Assembly (NCBI GenBank): GCA_025340205.1
Contig: CP006868.1
Location: 180,001 to 212,000 of the forward strand
From: Ignicoccus pacificus DSM 13166
Lineage (GTDB): Archaea > Thermoproteota > Thermoprotei_A > Sulfolobales > Ignicoccaceae
Length of the DNA: 32,000 bases
Direction: 5' to 3'
The notes below the pieces were generated by a model, which had not been told where the DNA came from, searched no databases, and worked only from the letters and a program-made list of their open reading frames with translations. Numbering within the stretch: the stretch's first letter is position 1; each line of letters starts with the position of its first letter. A program made the position numbers and the translations under genes. Below, one piece after another: positions 26,847 to 32,000 of the stretch.

Positions 26847-27695
26847 TTGAGGAGAGGGATGGGTTTGAAGGGGACGTTACTCTTGTTAATTGCTCTCGCG
26901 TTTGGTGCTTATGCCAACATCATAGTTAGTATAGACCCTGTCACAACAACTGCTACTTGGAACTACTACACTGTCACGGTGGCAAATAACACGACTAGTA
27001 CGTTGGAAGTAGTAAGGACAGCAACATGTACTGCTATAGGCGCGCAGATGACGTTAATTGGTGAGAAGACGGCAGTAGTTAACATGGGAACTGTAAGAGC
27101 CGATGGTACAAGTTTGGTGCCAGAACCCCAATATTCCACGACCGTAACCTTGTCCTCGCTTAGTATGATCCAGAACTTCGTGCCTTATATATGGTGTGAT
27201 GATGTGACGGTGACCACATATCTACTCAATACTACCACTTCAACCATATCGACTACTGGTCTCTATACGACCAAAGTTCTAAGCACTACAGTTGAGACTT
27301 ACCTATACCCCAGTGTGACCTTAATTCAAGAAGGCCCCGATCTATACGTACCCTCAACTACCTTGGTGACGACATTAGTGACGCGAGCCATAACCTCTAC
27401 AATTAGTACTTGGATAAGCGCTACGACGACTACCATACAAACTCTCTCTTTCGCTCTCGCTTCAACAGTATATAGTATGGCACTGCTGGCGGTAAAACCA
27501 ACAAGCGCTATGATAACATCGCTTCCCACGAGTGTCGTAAACAACGACAACCTGGCTACCATGAACGTACCCGTATACCTCTCAAATACGCTACTTTCAT
27601 CTTCAGGGAACGGCGGTATACCAACCGTAGCTCTATTAACGCTTATAGTACCCTTCTTGAGGAGACTAAGGTCCAATAGAGAAGGGACAGAGTAA
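26847..27695 (+). CDS. secreted Thr-rich protein with Cys-pair module and C-terminal sorting-like signal
   Basis: 282 aa; signal LKGTLLLLIALAFGAYA, TATCTAIG...VPYIWCDDV (C61/C117), C-term GGIPTVALLTLIVPFLRRLRSNREGTE. Confidence 0.8.
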   Translation: MRRGMGLKGTLLLLIALAFGAYANIIVSIDPVTTTATWNYYTVTVANNTTSTLEVVRTATCTAIGAQMTLIGEKTAVVNMGTVRADGTSLVPEPQYSTTVTLSSLSMIQNFVPYIWCDDVTVTTYLLNTTTSTISTTGLYTTKVLSTTVETYLYPSVTLIQEGPDLYVPSTTLVTTLVTRAITSTISTWISATTTTIQTLSFALASTVYSMALLAVKPTSAMITSLPTSVVNNDNLATMNVPVYLSNTLLSSSGNGGIPTVALLTLIVPFLRRLRSNREGTE

Positions 27696-28208
27696 GGTTC
27701 AGTAGTCCGTCAAGTTTTTTACACGTGACTTCAAAAACGAAAAACTTCTAGATGTACCTTCTTTCTTCGACTCAATCGTAATCTTAATAAACATTTAAAT
27801 AAACATCTTTCTATCGATTCTCAAATTCTATGCTCTAATTTTAGATTTAAAGGATTAGTTTATTGAATCATGGAGACATAGCAATTGTAGCCTCTATGTC
27901 ATTATATGGGGTTATTACATTCCTCGACTTCTCTCCCCTAAAGAGAATTAGTCGGATTAACCAGATATATAATGTAAACACATTCCGATAACATTCTAAA
28001 ACCAACATCGAAGAGTTAGTTGAAGGAAAGACTGTAGCATTTGACCTCTTAGATTACAATTACCTTAAAACGACACTATGACAATGCTCTATTTTCGCTT
28101 TTATAGAATAATCACCACGGCCCTACTTCTGACGTTTAAATGATTCCCATTCATTAAAATTTCTCTACTAATAATAATTTAAATGCAGAAGTAGCAATTA
28201 TCTTAGGT

Positions 28209-28862
28209 GTGAATTTGCGTTTCCAGATACTCTATTCCCCCACTTACTCCACCTTGGAAGTCGAGTTGGAACAAGGAGAAGAAGTAGAAGCGGAGCCTGG
28301 GGCAATGATGATGATAGAGGGAGATGTGGAAGTGAAACTGAAGAGCAGAGGCATATTGAGAAAGTTAGCGGCCAGAGAGTCAATTTTCACAGTAAAGTAT
28401 ATAGCCAAGGAAAAAAGTAAGGTATGGTTCGTATCACCATTTCCGGGCGATATAGCATATGTTCCTCTAGAGGGAAAAGGACTTATCATTTCCGATAAAT
28501 CCTATTTGGCTCATCACGGCGATCTAAAGCAAAAGGTCGTGTGGAGAGGATTGAAGGGCGTGTTTGGAGGAAGCGGTCTAATGTGGCTTAAGGTCGAAGG
28601 GAATGGAGGAGTTTGGTTAAGCTCCTATGGAGCAATTATGGAGAAAGAGGTGAAGGATGAGAAGTTAATAATAGATAACGTTCACTTGTTAGCAATGGAA
28701 GACACGTTGGACTATAAAGTTAGAAAATTTGGAGGTATTGGGACGGCCCTCTTTGGAGGCGAAGGATTAGTGTTAGAGGTAAGAGGTCATGGTAAGATAT
28801 ACCTACAGACGAGAAACCAAAGATCTCTACTTGAGTCGTTAGGCATACCGAAGGTTCGATAA
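28209..28862 (+). CDS. AIM24 / TIGR00266-family protein
   Basis: 217 aa; VELEQGEEVEAEPGAMMMIEGDVEVKLKSRG... LFGGEGLVLEVRGHGKIYLQTRNQRSLLE. Confidence 0.85.
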   Translation: MNLRFQILYSPTYSTLEVELEQGEEVEAEPGAMMMIEGDVEVKLKSRGILRKLAARESIFTVKYIAKEKSKVWFVSPFPGDIAYVPLEGKGLIISDKSYLAHHGDLKQKVVWRGLKGVFGGSGLMWLKVEGNGGVWLSSYGAIMEKEVKDEKLIIDNVHLLAMEDTLDYKVRKFGGIGTALFGGEGLVLEVRGHGKIYLQTRNQRSLLESLGIPKVR

Positions 28863-29122
28863 GAGAAGAAGTCCTTGGAAAGAGGGTATATCTTTACTTA
28901 AATTGTAAAGGTTCTCTTTATTAGAAGGTCATAGTCAGCGACGGCAGTGCGAAGTTGAGGAGGCTAGTCCTTCTCTCATTGTTTATCCTTCCCTTGCTCT
29001 TCTCCTAAGGCCTCAACTACCAAGGATTGTTAATGATCTTCACTTATGGGCTACCCAAAGGATCAACGAGCTCGATGACATCTTGATGCGGTTCCTTAAC
29101 GCTCTCCCCAGAACCTCTCTAA

Positions 29123-29353
29123 TTGAGACCACTTTCCTTACTGTTTCATGAAAAGGCAACGATGGTAGACATAATAAGCTACGGTTTTAGAATAAGATTG
29201 TTAATCTTAGACTTAGAAGATCTAGGAAAGTCTATATGCGAGAGCATACAAGAGGGCTTCAGTCGAGCCAAGGTGGAGGTACCAAGGAGCGCTTCAAATG
29301 CTGTTCCAAGTGAGGGGGATTATCGACAAAGGCTGGAACGCTTTCATCAATGA
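29123..29353 (+). CDS. hypothetical, 76 aa; may be the 5' part of a gene continued by 29298-29561
   Basis: Open frame only. Confidence 0.25.
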   Translation: MRPLSLLFHEKATMVDIISYGFRIRLLILDLEDLGKSICESIQEGFSRAKVEVPRSASNAVPSEGDYRQRLERFHQ

Positions 29354-29561
29354 TCTGAGGAACGCTGCCATTTGCGGGCCGAGTCCGAGCTACCAAATAA
29401 TATCTAATTCAAACTTCATAATACATAGAGTCGGCGAGAACTACGTTAGCTACCAATATGGACCAAACACCTACCAGAAGGCCATTGTAAGCTTACTCGA
29501 GCTTTTATCTCAACTAATGCCGAATGCTCGAGATCTGCTTCACCTTGTAAAAGTCAAATAG
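29298..29561 (+). CDS. hypothetical, 87 aa
   Basis: Composition plausible for a real protein: IIDKGWNAFINDLRNAAICGPSPSYQIISNSNFIIHRVGENYVSYQYG. Confidence 0.35.
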   Translation: MLFQVRGIIDKGWNAFINDLRNAAICGPSPSYQIISNSNFIIHRVGENYVSYQYGPNTYQKAIVSLLELLSQLMPNARDLLHLVKVK

Positions 29562-29790
29562 TTTTGAATATTGTTCTTTCTATAAGCAATCTACTTCATA
29601 TTGGTGGTTAAGATGGCAAGCAATATAGTTAAGAAGCTAGAGTGTTATCGGAAAATTACTCATGTTGGCTACTTACTCGTTGATATTCTCGGTGCTATCG
29701 ATAATAGCCATAGACTTTCCTTCACTAGTAATAGCAATAGAGATTTACATGAGTCCTTACATCTTTAATCCCTTCGTTCCATGATTTAAG

Positions 29791-30060
29791 ATGTTCGCAC
29801 AAATCGCCCTCTGGGCGTTGTTATCGTTTGTTCTCGCTTACATACTTGGAATAGAGATTAAACAGACGTGTCAGTCAGCAAAGGATCTTGATGTCGTGTA
29901 CTGGTGTTTTGGAGCACGGCTTTACAAAGGATACAACGAAGCGCGAGACCTCGGGAAGTCATGCAAAGAAAGACGTAGAAGAGTAGTATTGATTCATTAT
30001 TTGGGGAAGCCACAAGGTGCTGATCTTGATACCTTAAACGTGCTTTGGCTAACGATTTAG
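29791..30060 (+). CDS. small protein with N-terminal hydrophobic segment, 89 aa
   Basis: MFAQIALWALLSFVLAYILGIEIKQTCQSAKDLDVVYWCFG... Confidence 0.45.
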   Translation: MFAQIALWALLSFVLAYILGIEIKQTCQSAKDLDVVYWCFGARLYKGYNEARDLGKSCKERRRRVVLIHYLGKPQGADLDTLNVLWLTI

Positions 30061-30247
30061 TGATAAAAATTATGCAATTACCCTTCTGACATTTTCTCCT
30101 TTCTTTATCACCATCATGATTTCTTTGTTGTTCATTGTTTGTTCATTGTTCTTACTTCAAATAACTTCTACAATGAACCATTTCTCTATCCACAACTATA
30201 TTTCATTTACGCTCTTTACGTTAGCTAGGAGATGTGAAGGATTTTTG

Positions 30248-30893
30248 CTTTCTATTCACTATTGTAACTCTCCGTGACTATTACTATCCCTCAGAGTTCG
30301 AGGACTTCGTAAAGACTTTCTATTCACTCTTGTAACTCTCCCTCCTAATATTTGACAAAAGCTTGACACTGATCAGCGTTCAACTTTCTATTCACTATTG
30401 TAACTTCTCAAGTGGGGCAAGTACTCGGGCCTTCCGTTGGATAGAATTGCCTTTCTATTCACTATTGTAACTTCTCATTTCCTGAAAAGTGCATGTGCGA
30501 CATCCTAATGTACGCTTTCTATTCACTATTGTAACTTCTCTCACACCCGACAGCTTCGAGAGGTGGCAGTTAGCCGATAGGACTTTCTATTCACTATTGT
30601 AACTTCTCGAGGTGGAAGGGATGAAGGAAGGGAAGAGAATTGAAAAGTATGTAATAACTTTCTATTCACTATTGTAACTTCTCATCAACGATCCTAGGTT
30701 CATTGATTGTAAGATCCTCTCCTATCTTTCTATTCACTATTGTAACTTCTCTTTATCCTCGGCGATCGCTATCCCGGCCGAGGGAAGATAATACATCTTT
30801 CTATTCACTATTGTAACTCTTCTAATAGCCGGATTTCTCATTGGAGGAATAGTCGGTGCTCTGCTAGCTTTCTATTCACTATTGTGACTCTTC
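30248..30893 (-). CRISPR. CRISPR array: 10 repeats of 26 bp, 9 spacers of 38-49 bp
   Basis: + strand consensus CTTTCTATTCACTATTGTAACTTCTC at 30248, 30316, 30384, 30451, 30515, 30583, 30658, 30726, 30797, 30868; outer copies diverge (ACTCTCC, GTGACTCTTC). Minus-strand orientation inferred from the ATAGAAAG 3' end of the reverse complement. Confidence 0.95.
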
Positions 30894-31360
30894 CCAGCCC
30901 CTCCTATTTAACTAGCCCTTCCTTTCACTAATAAGCCATTCCTTTCCCACTGCCTTGATTTGGTTACTTTATTAACTTTGAATACTTAAGCTTTCATGAG
31001 AACAGTTTTGCTCTACTTTAATCAATTAGAATTACCTAACTGAAACTAATGGTCAAACAAAAGAGTTCATTATCATCGGCGTTCCCATGTATGTGCTAAT
31101 GGAAAGAATTGCTTGGTCTTCAAATGAATTGAAGAATTCATATTCAAAGGCGAATAGTGCTCAAGGTAAAGGGAAGAAAGGAGACCATAAATGTTCTGAA
31201 GTGTGCTCATGGAGAAGTGTAAATAATAAGGAACGAGAGTAGTGATGGGGATTTATGGAAGTGATTGACTTGGAAGGAAATAGAGAAGAGACTTCAGATT
31301 CGATGCTAGAAAGCTAAAGGATTCGGAAAGTCGAGAAGAAACAAAATGGGAGCGCAAGGA

Positions 31361-31855
31361 TTACTTCAACTTGAGCTCGAACTCGCAGTAAGGATCTCCC
31401 TTAGCTAGACATTTGACTTCCTTCCCATCTACCTTCCTCCCCCAAGCCTCCTCCAACCATCCAGCGATGAAGCCAACTACGGGAGCATCTACCGGTTTCT
31501 TTCTCCTCTCTTCCGAAAGCTTGGCACCCAACAAGGTTCCCCAAGCCCTTATCACTATCTTCTTCTCATTTCTCTCAACTATTTCCATTCTATCAGCGTA
31601 TCCACTCTTCTCGATTGTGTATATCAAGGCTTCCAGAGCGTGCTCCGGCGTTATGAGGCCTCTTTCTATGACATTCTTTACCATACTCTTTCCCGCCTTC
31701 TTGGCGACGTTGTAAAGTAGACCTCCGGCGAACATCATGACTTTCTCGAAGCCCTTGTAGAGGTCCGCGATAACGTCCTTAGCTATGAGGATGCTTTCAT
31801 TCTCTATGGCTTCCTGGAGTTTTGAAAGTTCGTCCTCGCTAAGAGATGAGGTCAC
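31361..31855 (-). CDS. V4R (4-vinyl reductase) domain protein
   Basis: 164 aa; C-term GWLEEAWGRKVDGKEVKCLAKGDPYCEFELKLK. Confidence 0.75.
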   Translation of the reverse strand: MTSSLSEDELSKLQEAIENESILIAKDVIADLYKGFEKVMMFAGGLLYNVAKKAGKSMVKNVIERGLITPEHALEALIYTIEKSGYADRMEIVERNEKKIVIRAWGTLLGAKLSEERRKKPVDAPVVGFIAGWLEEAWGRKVDGKEVKCLAKGDPYCEFELKLK

Positions 31856-32000
31856 AAACTCACCGTGTCTCCTTCAAGGAGGATATCTAAATTTTCAATT
31901 CTTAAATGAAAAATAAAAGGAATACCAAGAAGACTATGTACTAATAGCTCAGAGGAACACCCTCACACGGTGAAGAGCCTTCCGTCAGCTTAAGGCCGTG

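Noticed and set aside
25334-27676. Minus-strand ORFs 25334-25525, 25763-26080, 26378-26698 and 27326-27676
   Set aside because: Antisense to Thr-rich genes; Val-rich composition follows from reverse-complemented Thr codons
14511-27695. Idea that the island is an integrated virus or plasmid
   Set aside because: No integrase, replication or structural virus gene recognised and no clear att repeats next to tRNA-Ala; surface-protein content explains it better

Overview
The window is a crenarchaeal chromosome segment. Gene content, ribosomal operon order, leaderless-style starts and the tRNA suggest Desulfurococcales, possibly an Ignicoccus-like organism; this is inference. Left part (1-14.5 kb), mostly housekeeping: a radical SAM enzyme resembling tetraether lipid synthase, deoxyhypusine synthase, a ribosomal cluster (S19-L22-S3-L29, an inserted coiled-coil ORF, then RNase P Rpp29), a four-subunit 2-oxoacid:ferredoxin oxidoreductase operon, a secreted beta-propeller protein, a nuclease-like ORF, a VapBC-type pair with a frame-disrupted PIN toxin, tRNA-Ala(UGC), and a threonyl-tRNA synthetase without the editing domain. 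Centre (about 14.5-27.7 kb), an unusual island: (i) a polytopic membrane protein at 16711-17586(-) carrying the Cys / N-x-x-R / His arrangement of exosortases and archaeosortases (Cys151, Arg202, His237, each codon checked on the DNA); (ii) at least four, possibly five, secreted proteins ending in a short [IV]-P motif, a hydrophobic helix and an Arg/Lys cluster, which would be its plausible substrates; (iii) a recurrent module with two cysteines shared by four of them; (iv) secreted beta-propeller proteins up to 1395 aa; (v) a pair of paralogous membrane proteins with an 'FRLSGLDWP' signature. I propose this as a candidate archaeosortase/surface-protein locus. Right part: an AIM24-like protein, small hypotheticals, a 10-repeat CRISPR array without cas genes in the window, and a V4R-domain protein. 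No database searches were possible; all family calls come from motif recognition.
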